Position numbers and translations under genes: made by a program
Shown: in pieces, positions 37,549 to 48,800 of the stretch
How positions within the stretch are numbered: the first letter of the stretch is position 1
Layout of the letters: every line of letters begins with the position of its first letter
Notes under the pieces: model-generated
The model's database searches: none
Seen by the model: only the letters and a program-made list of their open reading frames with translations
Told to the model about the DNA's origin: nothing
NCBI GenBank assembly: GCA_964568815.1
Contig: CAZMRY010000001.1
Span: 14,055 to 78,054 of the forward strand
Length of the DNA: 64,000 nucleotides
Origin: an uncultured Eubacteriales bacterium
GTDB lineage: Bacteria > Bacillota > Clostridia > RGIG6154
Direction: 5' to 3'

Positions 37549-39174
37549 ATGATTTATGTAGCGGCATATTGCAGAGTTTCAACGGACAAGGACGACCAAG
37601 CCAACAGCTTTGAAAGTCAAAAATCGTATTTTGAGGAGTACATAAAACGAAATCCCGATTGGGAGTTATACGAAATTTACGCAGATGAGGGCTTGTCAGG
37701 CACAAACACCAAAAAGCGTGCTGCCTTTAATAAAATGATTGCAGACGCACATTTGGGTAAATTCAACCTAATACTTACAAAGGAAGTAAGCAGATTTGCA
37801 AGAAATACAGTTGATACTTTGCAATACACAAGGGAGCTGAAAGCACTTAATATCAGTGTTTATTTTGCACTTGATAATATTGATACCCTTGCACCTGACG
37901 GAGAACTTAGACTAACCATCATGGCATCACTTGCTCAGGAAGAAAGCCGAAAGACCTCTGAGCGTGTAAAATGGGGACAAAAAAGACAAATGGAAAAAGG
38001 TGTGGTATTCGGTCGTGATATGCTCGGATATGATGTGAGAAACGGCGTTTTGCATATCAACGAAAACGGTGCGGAAATTGTAAGGCTTATTTACCACAAA
38101 TTTGTATATGAGAAAAAAGGCACATACACTATTGCAAGAGAATTGAGAGAAGCGGGTTATAAAACCATAACAGGCAATGCAATATGGTCAAATACTGTTA
38201 TTTTGAAAGTGTTGCGTAATGAAAAGTATTGCGGTGATTTAACACAAAAGAAAACCTATACACCCGATTATCTTTCGCATAAAAAGAAATATAATCACGG
38301 AGAAGAAGAATTTGTAACTTTGACAGACCATCACGAGCCTATCGTTTCAAGAGAGACTTGGGATATGGCACAGCTTGAGCTTGACAGACGTTCTCCTGAT
38401 GATTCAATCAAGTTAAGGCACAGTAACCGTTACCCATTGTCGGGCAAAATCCAATGCGGAGTATGCGGAAACCGATTTGTTTCAAGAACTAAAAAAAGAA
38501 AAGACGGAAGCAGATACAAAGCGTGGAGATGCTGTGAAGCAACACAGCACGGATTGCCCAAGATTGACAAAGCCGAAAATCATATCGGTTGCTCGGTTAA
38601 TTCACAAATTCGTGATGAATATTTTATGCTTGTCATTCAAAAGGTTATAGAAAGCCTGAATGTAAATAAAAAAGCAGTTTTGGACGGTGTTTTAAGTGTA
38701 TTAAAAACTGTATTTTCCACGAGTAAAAATTCTCCTGAAGATACAGACGGTATAAAAAAGAAAATAGAAAATCTTACATCAAAAACTAAGCGTCTTTTGG
38801 ATTTGTATTTGAGTGAGGATATAACAAAAGAAGAATATCGCACAAAAAAAGAAAACTGCGAAAATGAAATTTCGCAGTTAAATGAAAAAATGAAAGCTAT
38901 CCAAAAAGAAACACATTATATGTATGACAGTAATAATGCAATAACTGAAATCAGGGAATATCTTTCAGATATACTTTATGCAAAAAAACAGGACGAAATA
39001 TTTTATAAAAACATAATTGACAAGATTGTAGTTTTTGACAGAGAGCATTTAGATGTTTATTTAAATTTGCTCCCGCACAGATGGAAAACGGTGTTAAATT
39101 CAGCGTTGAGAGCTGATGACCTGTGTGGGAGCAATAAGCCCACGATTTACCTATATCGGTTAAGACTCCCTTAG
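37549..39174 (+). CDS. large serine recombinase (resolvase/invertase N-domain, recombinase domain, zinc ribbon, coiled-coil)
   Basis: MIYVAAYCRVSTDKDDQ carries the catalytic Ser in an RVS context. A CGVCGNRF...WRCC zinc ribbon and a C-terminal coiled-coil complete the 541 aa. SD GGAAAGGAG. The 3' end overlaps the att core and runs antisense into the catalase 5' segment. Confidence 0.9.
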   Translation: MIYVAAYCRVSTDKDDQANSFESQKSYFEEYIKRNPDWELYEIYADEGLSGTNTKKRAAFNKMIADAHLGKFNLILTKEVSRFARNTVDTLQYTRELKALNISVYFALDNIDTLAPDGELRLTIMASLAQEESRKTSERVKWGQKRQMEKGVVFGRDMLGYDVRNGVLHINENGAEIVRLIYHKFVYEKKGTYTIARELREAGYKTITGNAIWSNTVILKVLRNEKYCGDLTQKKTYTPDYLSHKKKYNHGEEEFVTLTDHHEPIVSRETWDMAQLELDRRSPDDSIKLRHSNRYPLSGKIQCGVCGNRFVSRTKKRKDGSRYKAWRCCEATQHGLPKIDKAENHIGCSVNSQIRDEYFMLVIQKVIESLNVNKKAVLDGVLSVLKTVFSTSKNSPEDTDGIKKKIENLTSKTKRLLDLYLSEDITKEEYRTKKENCENEISQLNEKMKAIQKETHYMYDSNNAITEIREYLSDILYAKKQDEIFYKNIIDKIVVFDREHLDVYLNLLPHRWKTVLNSALRADDLCGSNKPTIYLYRLRLP

Positions 39175-39256
39175 CTTCGTCGGTTGGCATGGTGTATCTT
39201 TGAGAAAGATAGCGGACTGATGCACCAAGTTCACCGTCCGGTCCGCCATACTCCAT
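39148..39256 (-). CDS. manganese catalase / CotJC-like protein, 5' (N-terminal) segment of the split gene
   Basis: MEYGGPDGELGASVRYLSQRYTMPTDEAKGVLTDIG matches the CotJC N-region (EQYGGADGELAAALRYLNQRYT...LLTDIG). Residues after DIG within ORF 38951..39256 are antisense to the recombinase gene and not genuine. No SD precedes the ATG. Confidence 0.75.
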
Positions 39257-39356
39257 TTGATATAATTAATAAATTTGTCGAAAATGTGAAAAGCATCACA
39301 TAAAGACATGCTTCTTTAATTGGTAAAATTTACTAAATTTTATCAAGGAGCGCATT

Positions 39357-39614
39357 ATGTTAAACTTAATCAAAAGAGCAGTTGGAGACACATTGTATCA
39401 AACAAGAATACAAAATGGACTATCGCAAGAGAAAATGGCCGAAAGGTGCTTTATGTCTTACAGGCAATACAATGACCTAGAAAACGCCAAACGTTTACCC
39501 ACACTTAATTCTTTTATAGATATTGTAATTGCTTTTGATATAAATGTCAACTCAATAATTAAATTAATCAAGGAAAGGGGGTACTTTCCCAATGATGACA
39601 AAAACTCGGCATAA
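39357..39614 (+). CDS. XRE-family HTH protein
   Basis: 85 aa with QTRIQNGLSQEKMAERCFMSYRQYNDLENAKRLPTLNSFIDIVIAF as the HTH, and SD CAAGGAGCG. Confidence 0.5.
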   Translation: MLNLIKRAVGDTLYQTRIQNGLSQEKMAERCFMSYRQYNDLENAKRLPTLNSFIDIVIAFDINVNSIIKLIKERGYFPNDDKNSA

Positions 39615-39828
39615 ATACAAATACACTTACCGCAAAGAGTTTCATAGCGATTTAAACGGCTATGTTGCTTATGGTATTGAACTTACATCAGGTAATTATC
39701 TTCTTGGTTATTTTCCCGATGTCTTTCTTGAAGAACAGAAGGCAAAGGATTTTGTAAATATGTGCACTAAAGAACAGATTGAACCAGGGCAAATGCAGGA
39801 TGCTATAGAAGAAGCTTTACTATGCTAA
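39592..39828 (+). CDS. hypothetical protein (78 aa)
   Basis: Overlaps the upstream gene by 23 nt. It has no recognisable motif. Confidence 0.35.
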   Translation: MMTKTRHKYKYTYRKEFHSDLNGYVAYGIELTSGNYLLGYFPDVFLEEQKAKDFVNMCTKEQIEPGQMQDAIEEALLC

Positions 39829-39833
39829 AAACA

Positions 39834-39860
39834 AGAGGAGCATTTCCGCTCCTCTGTTTT
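39834..39860. terminator. bidirectional rho-independent terminator
   Basis: agaggagc(atttcc)gctcctct is an 8-bp perfect stem with a T-run on the plus strand and an A-run upstream. It abuts the giant gene's stop codon. Confidence 0.65.
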
Positions 39861-42800
39861 AGTTTAGAAGGTTATATATTCTGTTAGCTCGGTTGAGTGG
39901 TACTCCGATTTTGCGAAGTCTTGATATTTTATCTACCTTCTTACTTCCCTTTCCATCCTTTTGACTATTCATAACCTTAGTCACATAATAGAAAGTTCTT
40001 GCATTCATAGAATTCTCACCATAGTTTTGAATATATGCGTCATATCCTGCCTGCTGATTTTCTGTAAGACTTGAGTAATAATATCCATCCACACTGCTAA
40101 AATCATATTGTGTTTTTGTTTCCCCAAACAACGCTATATTTACTTCTTGTTTTTCTTCAGGTGAAAGACTGTTGTCATTCGCAAGTGCTTCTCTCTTTAT
40201 AACTGAAAGTTCAGGCTCATATTCCCATTTTTCGTATACTTTTTTTGTTCTGCCATCTGTCATTGCGAAAAACTTTTCATATTTAGTTTCTTTGCTCACA
40301 TCATCATGCACATCATAATCATAATACAGTTTAGCAACCTTTTCAGGTGCAATACCAAAATCAATTAAATCCTGTGCTTTTTCTCTTTTACCTTTTTTGC
40401 CATCTTCACCTTTTGAGTAAAAGCTGATTTCTACTTCCGCCTTTTGTGATGGTGTAAGACCTTTGGTGCTTTCAAGTGTTTCGTGCCTTACCTGAGTTGA
40501 TGTTTTTGATTTGTCGCCGTCTTTTACGCTTTTAGCTTTGCTTGCAGCATTAATTGCATTGTATACATCAGTACGGCTTGTTTTTTTATCTTCTATAATT
40601 CTTTGATAAAGCTCTGTCTGTTCTGATGTCAGACTTCCAAAACCTTCCTCAACCCAACCACGAGAACCTTTTGTAGAACTTTTACCCCAAACTGTAGTTT
40701 TAATTGCATTACCAATGTTTTTGTCTATTGGATATTGCAGTTCTTCTTCACCTTTGTTATTAATTTTATAACTTCCACCTTTGTTGTATGCGTTAATACC
40801 TTCAACTGTCTTTTTGAGCTGTCCTGCTCCCGCCGGTAGAGTTCGATATGATAGAGGTACTACAAACTCGTTAAGAATAATATCCATTTTCTTTTTATTA
40901 CTAACCTTTTTAGGGTCACTAAATATTTTCACAAGCTCTGTTACATCGAACATGCCTGCAGATGCAGGGATTCTGCCGTCAGTTATAATTGATGTGAATG
41001 GTAAATCTTCCAAAACATTTACAACAGAATTTCCAATTGCAACAGCTGGATCTTCTGCTTCATCTTCAAGTTCAATCGCTCCTTCTTCAATTAACATTTC
41101 AATTGCATCAAAAGCATTAGGTACTCTAAGTTTTGTAAAATCATCAATTCCATCAAGAACAATACCAAGAGGGCTTTGTATTCCGTCATTACCAAACCAC
41201 TTTTCAAACAAATCAGCGAGCAATTCTGCAGCTAAACTATATTTGATAAATCTCCACGATGCTCTAACAATCGCTTCCGCCACTCCTTTAGAATCTTTCT
41301 TTGCATATCTGCTTAAATCTTTTGTGATGTTAGATATAAGATTGTTTGTTTCAAGCATATACTGTGTAATTACTTTACCGCTTTTCGAGTAAAAAAGGGT
41401 TGGCATACTTCCATAGCTTCGTCCACCTATAAGCTTTTTTGTATATGCATCCGCCTCTCTTATAGCCTCCTCACTTGGCATATTTCTTTTTACTATATTT
41501 TGATGATATCTTGCTCTCCAAATTAAGCCAGATGTTAGTGCATCTGTAAATTCAAGCGGTTTTCCTATTGCATCCAGAAAATGCTTTGGCTTAGACATCG
41601 TTTTAACTCTATCAGGATTTCCAACCTTAACTCTGTTAGTCAAGAATGTGCTCTTATCATCGAATCCGTCAGGTGTTTTTATATTCTTTAATGTGTGAAA
41701 TATACCATAAGCTAAATCAACGTATGAGAGTTCTTTTCTTGCTTGTGGAATAGTGGCAAAGTTCATAAACGGTGTTTTTGCATTTCCAACAATCATATTC
41801 GCTCCAATCTTACCTTGGAATCTGCTCCAATTTCTCAAAGTTCTTCGACCAAGATTATCTTCAACTACTCTATCCAAAAATCCTACTTGCTTACCTGCTA
41901 ATACATTTGCATATTTATCAAGATTAACAGCGTAGTTTCCAAGCTTATTTTTGTACCCTTCCTGAAGCTTTTCACTTATCTGTTTCAGTTTATCTTCATC
42001 TGTTAAAGTGTCATTCTCACCTATTTCTGCGATTTTCTCTTTAACACCGTCATCTGAATACTTGTATCTTATAGCGTTAGAAAAAGCTCGTACATTCTGA
42101 ATATCATCAGTATGGAAAATAACATCACAAACACCTGTAACATATTTTGCAAAGCCATCTATAGCATCATAGTCTGTAATACTATCTTTACTTCTATGAA
42201 GTGCATTTGCAAGCCATTTAATGCCGGGTTTTCGGTCTGCTGTTCTTCCCATTATTTCTGTAGGTAGACTTGTTACAGTATCAGACATAAAGAATTTATT
42301 CTCCAAATCAAAACCGAAAGCTCGTCCAAGTTCATTTAAGAATGAATCGCCTTTATTTTCAACAAAGTGTGGAAAATAATTTTTTCTGTATTCAACAGGT
42401 GCATATCCGTTCCTGATGCGAGCTTCATTCATCATTTCAAAAAGCTCGTTGTAAATCTTTCTGAATTCACCGATACACTTATCTATCTTGCCATAATCAA
42501 GCTTAGGATTTGCATCAATAAAAACATCTGCATCCCTTTTGAGCTGTGCAAGCTTCTCCCTGTCCTTCTCTATCCAGGATTTCTTACTGTTGACATTCTC
42601 TGCTTTTTGTGATACATTATCAGTGTGAACATCGTTATTCCAAACGTCTTGGACGTACATCTGAGGGACTTTACTGTCATTTAGAGCGGAATCGATGTTC
42701 CATTTTTTATTTATTGCATCTTTCAAGCCTGGAATATCCGGTATTGTTCCTGTAGAGACCTTTATCATTTGCTTATTTGAGAGAATTTTTCCTTTGTCGC

Positions 42801-45800
42801 TTATTGACTCCAAATAATATGTTACTCCATTATGTCTTTTAACATAATATATTCCTTCTTTACCATCAGGTCTCTTGAGATACAAAACGTCATCATAATT
42901 TTCTATAATATCCGGTATTTGTTTTTGGTCTTCAGCTGTAATCGGATATTTCTCCTTCGTAAGCTCTCCGTGTGAATTTTTAATATGCCTTATATCATTA
43001 TCATTCAAAGCATGAAATACATTTGAAACATCAATGCCATACTCTTTTTTTAAATCATTAATCAAACGTTTATTTACTTTTCCTATAATGATTTGTGCTT
43101 TTTGTTTAGGAAACAGATTATTATGTTTTACATTTGTTTCATGCGAATATCTATACGCATAATCGACATAAGATTCTATTTCTTCTTTAGTAGCAATATT
43201 TTTTCTTGTTCCGATGGTTTTATCAAATATTCCCTGTGCTTTTGTATCTTCTTGAATGTCCACTATCTCTCCATTGTCATACTTCGCAAGCTTTTCTTCA
43301 AGATATTCTATTTCGCCCTGCGTTTCTCCGAGAAACTGTACTGCATAAGCTTCACTGTGTTTGTTACCTTTTGCTACCTTTTGGCTAATTTCAAGTTTAT
43401 CAATATCATCAAGAAGCTTGTTTTTATATCTGTTGCTTTCAGCCTCATGAATGTCTATAGGTTCAAAAATCGCCTCTTTAATTGCATCCGCTTCTTCAGG
43501 ATTTGTTGTTATATCTTCTATATTTCTCTCCTGTGTTTCTGTAGCATAGCGAATACCTCCAAAAACTTTTTTGTCTTTCCAATTATCTGAATTTTCAAGA
43601 AGCTTTGTAATTCTTCCAATTCTTTCCGCTCTAACTTTTGTGTTTTCTTTTTTTATTTCTTTTTCAAGGGTTCTCACAGTTCCGTATGCTTCTATGTACT
43701 TATTTATGGCATCTGTATTTAAACCTAATGATTTAATCTTTTCAGACCTTATTGCTCCTGAAATAACCTTTTCCGCAATTTCTTTTTCTTCTTCGGTTAT
43801 GAGCAATTTTCCCATAATCTTTTCTGCGTTCTTTCTTGCTGAAGAAAGTTCACTATATGCGTTTCTAAGATATGCAACCTGTTCTTTTTCATTTCTTTCA
43901 ATCTCAACAGTTGGTTTTTCATCTGCAAGCGAATCATTAAAGTGCTTTACTTCATACAGATGGTCTTTGAATTCATATACTGCCTTTTCAAATTCGTGCT
44001 TTAAGTGTCCCTTTGCTTCATCTGTGTTATAATATGCATCAAGAGTTATTTCTTCTTTTCTTAAGCTGTCCGATACTTCCATTATCTTAAGCATACGGTC
44101 AGATGATGAAAGAATATCATCAGGGAACAGACTTGGGTGCATTTCGTTTAATTCCTGATATATACTGTCAACAGATGTTCCGCTTGTTGAAGAAACAGAA
44201 AGTCTTCCCATATATCTTCTTATGTCCTTAAAGAAATCAGGAATGTCAGCTGCAGACTCGCTGTCAAAGTAAATTTTGGTATTTCTTAGATAGTTTCTTA
44301 AATCTGCATATCCTTTATATGCTTCATCATTTACTATTTTACCGTTTTTATATGCTTCTTCAAAAAGTCTGTCAATGGTTTCCTGTGAAAGCTTGCCTGT
44401 CTTCATATACTCTGTTGACATTTCCTGAATTATAGGCTTTAAAAACTCTCTTGCAGTTCCAAGACGAACAGACATTGCATCTGCTACTTTTCTTACAGCA
44501 TCATTCTCATATCTTTCAAGTCTTGTTCTTGATTTAGCTGTTGACTGATATTCAGGTGCTGTTGTTTCGTTTTCTTCTGATATTACTGCTCCGAGTAAAT
44601 ATTTTTTGTCCTCTTGCATAGAATAATCATTGACAGTTTCCATAGACTGTGGTATATTGTCTATAGAGGTTGACTCATTTATATCTGAAGCACTATTTTC
44701 AGTGTGAGGTAGGTACGAGTCAACCTCTAAATTTATATCATAGAATACATTCCCAAATTTTGCTTTTCCAACTCTAACTACAGAATTAAAAATAACATTG
44801 TCAATTCTCACCTTCCCTCTATAATTCTCAAATCCGTTTTGTTTGAACAACTTATGATTTTTATGGTCTGGGCTTTGCCAATTCGCATTAGCATTCATAA
44901 GAAGGTCTTGAAGGCTGGGGACAAGACGCATTTTTTGATTAAACATTTCAGGATTGTTTTTAAGTAGCTCCGCACTTTCTTCACTGTGTGTAAACTCTTC
45001 TGCACTTAGTCGAATAAAAACAATTTCCTTTCCATTGTTATCTTTCACGGTAACTTTGTTATCACGATTTGCAATCAAATATGAATAAGCTGCATCTCTA
45101 TATTCCTCAGGTGTATTCAAACCTTTAAAAATATCTTTACCGGTCTCAACTATCCAAATGTCATTACCCTTATTGTCTTTCCCCTTATAAGCAGAATAGT
45201 TATCATCCGCAAACACCGTATCATCTCCACCGATATAAGGAACTGTCTTTTTAAGATATTCTTTATCCATTCCTTTTCTGTGAACAACTTCTCTGGCTTC
45301 AATCTCCCCGGCAGTCTTTTCATATAACCCCTGTGCAGTCATAGGTGTGTTATCATCAAGAAGAATAGATTCCTCAAATAAAGAATTGTCATATTCCATA
45401 AATAATAATCCGTAATCTTTATCCTCTGCAAGTTCATCATACAGTCTGTCAATTGTTTCAGGCTTTAGATTTCCGTTGCGTTGTGAATTGTAGTAATTTG
45501 AAACAAGTATTCTAAATCTGTCATCCATTCCTTCGTAAGCTTCTTTTCTCTGCTGTCTTAGTTCTAAAATTCTTCTTTCGTATTTACCTATCTTTCCTTC
45601 TTCTCTTAACTTGTTCTCCCAATAAGCAACACTTGAACCTCTTGCAAACCCTTCTATATCCTGAACTGCATGTTGCACTTCGTGTAGTAATGTATATAAA
45701 GTAAAGCTGTTATCCATTCCGTCTCTAATTGTTATAGTCTTGTTTTTTCTGTCATAGCTTCCGTATTCAGAAATATCTTTCTTAAACACAATTCTTAAAT

Positions 45801-48800
45801 CTTTCAACTGCGGATATGCCTCATAAAGTTCAGGATGGTCAAAATATGCTTCAAGCCTGTCCTGTGTACCTGCGTCAGGTGTTACCTTGCCATTTTGTGT
45901 GAAAGTATTACTCCAGATATTTTTAAGCTTTTCATATTCTTTCTTTTCTGCTTCAGTAAGCTCTCTTCCACCTTCCATTTCAAGAATGTATCTGTTCTGA
46001 ATATCAAGAAGCTCTCTGTATCTCGCATAATCAGGATGGTCTTTCTTAAATACAAGGTCGCCTTTTCTTACAAATCTTGCATTATCATCAGGAATTTCAT
46101 ATCTCCACCTTTTGTCTATTCCTTTATACCAACCTGTCTTTTTGAAGATTTCAGACTGCGGTTCGCCTTTAAGGTTCATTCGCCTTGCCTCTGCCAATGT
46201 CTTATTATTTGCTACAACAGAAGTCTCCCCGCCTAAAAGATGTTGTTTCCCATTACTTCCCTGTGCATCATTCTGACCTTTTTGCATATTATTAGTATTG
46301 ACATTTCCATTAGGATATGTTATTCTTTTTATAGAACCATAGTTGGTTACACCAAACGGCAATTGCAGCCTAGTCCGTGTAAGCCAATTATTGGTTCTTT
46401 TTATATTAGGCTCAACATAAAGAATATCGCTTGTATCTATAATGCTCTGCGTTTGTACAACACTATTAGGGTTATTATTTTTCCTACTATGAGTACTTAC
46501 AACCTTAATTTCATCAAGTACAACACCACTCTTGTCTTTTAATGGCAACAATTCCAAAACAGCCATTATTGGCAGTCCATCAGAATCATAAACCTCTCCA
46601 AACATAGTTATCCTGCTATCAAAACCTTTTGACTGCATAACAATTATTGGCTTCTCTAAAATCTCAGGCACCTGTTTAAGAATATCATCAGTCAAATAGC
46701 TATGTTTTTTTAATGATGTATTGATTTTGTTTGTGTCCCAGGTAATTTTTTGGTCTTTCACTCCAATGCTCTGCAATGCTGAAGATGTCGTTCCTATATT
46801 CAAAGACTGTCTATCAGGTCTCCCATTAGCAACCCAATTATCATAATCATTTACAAAGTTTTCATTAAGCAAATACCTCTTTTCTCCGCTCCCTTCTTTC
46901 GAAAATCTTACATTCCCCTCTTCGTCAACAAAAGGTGTTGCGTTTGAGTTGTCAATTGTTTTTCTTCTTTCTTTTAAGGCTCTGTCAAAGATATCAAGTG
47001 CTCTTTCGATATCACTTAAATCCTGTTCTGTACCTGTTATCGCGCTTTTAACCTTGTTATAAGCAGCTTTAAGAGCATTAAACATTCTTACTGCAACATT
47101 TCTGTTCTGCATTACAATTCTGTTTATGACCTTTTCATCAAGTCTTTTCATAGTAAAGTTGGCAACAAGCTCTTTGTCAATATCTTCTTTACCGCTGACT
47201 TTGTCGCCATATCTTTCAGCTATTGTGTTATATGCTTCTTTGTAGCTGTCTGTGTTTTCACCGCCATACATAATATCAAATGCAATCTTTTTATATGCAC
47301 TATACAAATCACTGTTTTCAATGTTATGTGTTACCTCGTGAAGTGCAACCATCGCACCGAGTCTTGTTTTAGCGTTTGCACTGTTTATGTGAATTACTCC
47401 GTCCTGTACAAATCCCATATTGTCAACAAGCTTTTTATTGCCCATTTCGTCTGTAACTTCAACCGCATCCAAATCTTCAATAACGATTTTTGAATTTGAA
47501 AGCTTTGCAAGACCTTCTATTACTTTAACAGGTGCAGAGTCAGGACTTAAAACCCAATCCTTTGAATATACTGTCACAAGTCCGCTTTTGCTTTGTTCAA
47601 GCTTAAGCCCTTTTTCAACATATCCGCCTGTTATTTCAAAAGGATTATGATTTTCAGACACAACCGAATGTTTAATAATCATACCCGCTTCTTCGTCTGT
47701 CAAAACTTTGCCATTTTCCATTTTCTGTTCAATACGATTAGCAAAATCAACAATTTCCGTATTTGTGCTATTCTTACAATATGTTACCGCATCCGCAATG
47801 TATTCATCAAATAGCTTAGCCTGTTTTACCGTTTTTCCTAACTCTGATGTGTTGACTGTGTCAACAGCATCTCTGTAGCTTGCAATTGCAGATTTAACTG
47901 TACCTGTGCTTCCTGCAGAAATGATAAATCCTGCAAGTGCTGATGATTTCATTTGTGCGAAATCTTCCTTTGTGTATGAAGCAAAATCAAAAGTTTCTTT
48001 CAAAAGTTCAATCGCAGATACTGTTTCACCTCTCTCTGCATGTTTGCCCGCAACAATTTCAGTTCCTGTTTGAAGGAATTCTTCCGCTCCTTCCCCAACA
48101 CCTTCTATTGCTTGTTTGCCTAAAAACTTCATACTGTTTACTGCAATCTGAGCACCTTTTTCGCTCATTTTTCCTTTTCTGAGAATTGCCATTATTCCGT
48201 CTTCGAGTTTTTCAGCCCCTATTTTTTTACTTACGGTTTTCCCTCCAAAGATAAGCTTATCCGCAATATAACTTATTCCAAACTCAAGTGTCGCTTCAAC
48301 AAGTGCTGTGTTTGTTGCAAGTGCTTTTATATCTTCTTCCGACATATCGCTATTTTGAAGAAGTTCTACATATTGACTTCCAACTGTTCTTCTGAACATA
48401 TCAGCTGACGACGCAGCTGCACCTCCTATTCTTGCTCCCGTTAACGGATTACCCATAAAGACACCCAGTGTCGCTCCTGCAAGCTGTCCCACTGCCTGTG
48501 CCTTTGATTGATTTATAAACTGTGGAGCATAGTTTGAAAGTGTAGAAACAAAAGTATCAAAAGCATTATTATCCGTATATGCCTCTTTGTTGTTTTCTCT
48601 TAATCTCTTGTCTAATTGCTGATACACTTCCGCTGCCTCAATATCATCAGTTGCATATTCCCAAGAGTTCGCACCTGTATCCGCAATCTTTTCTCCTATT
48701 GTACCGCTTTTAAAATTTGCTCCTATTCTTCCAAACAAGCCGTCATCATATTCATTATCTTTATTTTCATCATAATACTTATACGCCTTGATTTTATCAT

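Larger units (their letters stand above)
28845..39153. mobile_element. ~10.3-kb integrated element interrupting the Mn-catalase/CotJC-like gene (sporulation-type intervening element or integrative defence island)
   Basis: The shared core TACCTA sits at both junctions (28845-28850 and 39148-39153), with flanks TACCTAcATCG and TACCTAtATCG. A large serine recombinase gene lies at the right end. Joining the flanks restores one in-frame catalase ORF. Confidence 0.8.

Noticed and set aside
38951-39147. Remainder of ORF 38951-39256 (-) beyond the DIG junction (KSWAYCSHTGHQLSTLNL...)
   Set aside because: Antisense to the 3' end of the serine recombinase gene inside the element. It is not catalase-like, and only 39148-39256 is genuine.
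40781-48182. Numerous plus-strand ORFs of 60-203 aa inside the giant gene (e.g. 40781-41392, 43093-43590, 43571-44032, 45835-46542, 48616-49032)
   Set aside because: All are antisense to a 9.7-kb uninterrupted ORF. They give Ser/Phe/Ile-rich translations typical of the reverse strand of an AAR/GAR-rich coding sequence.
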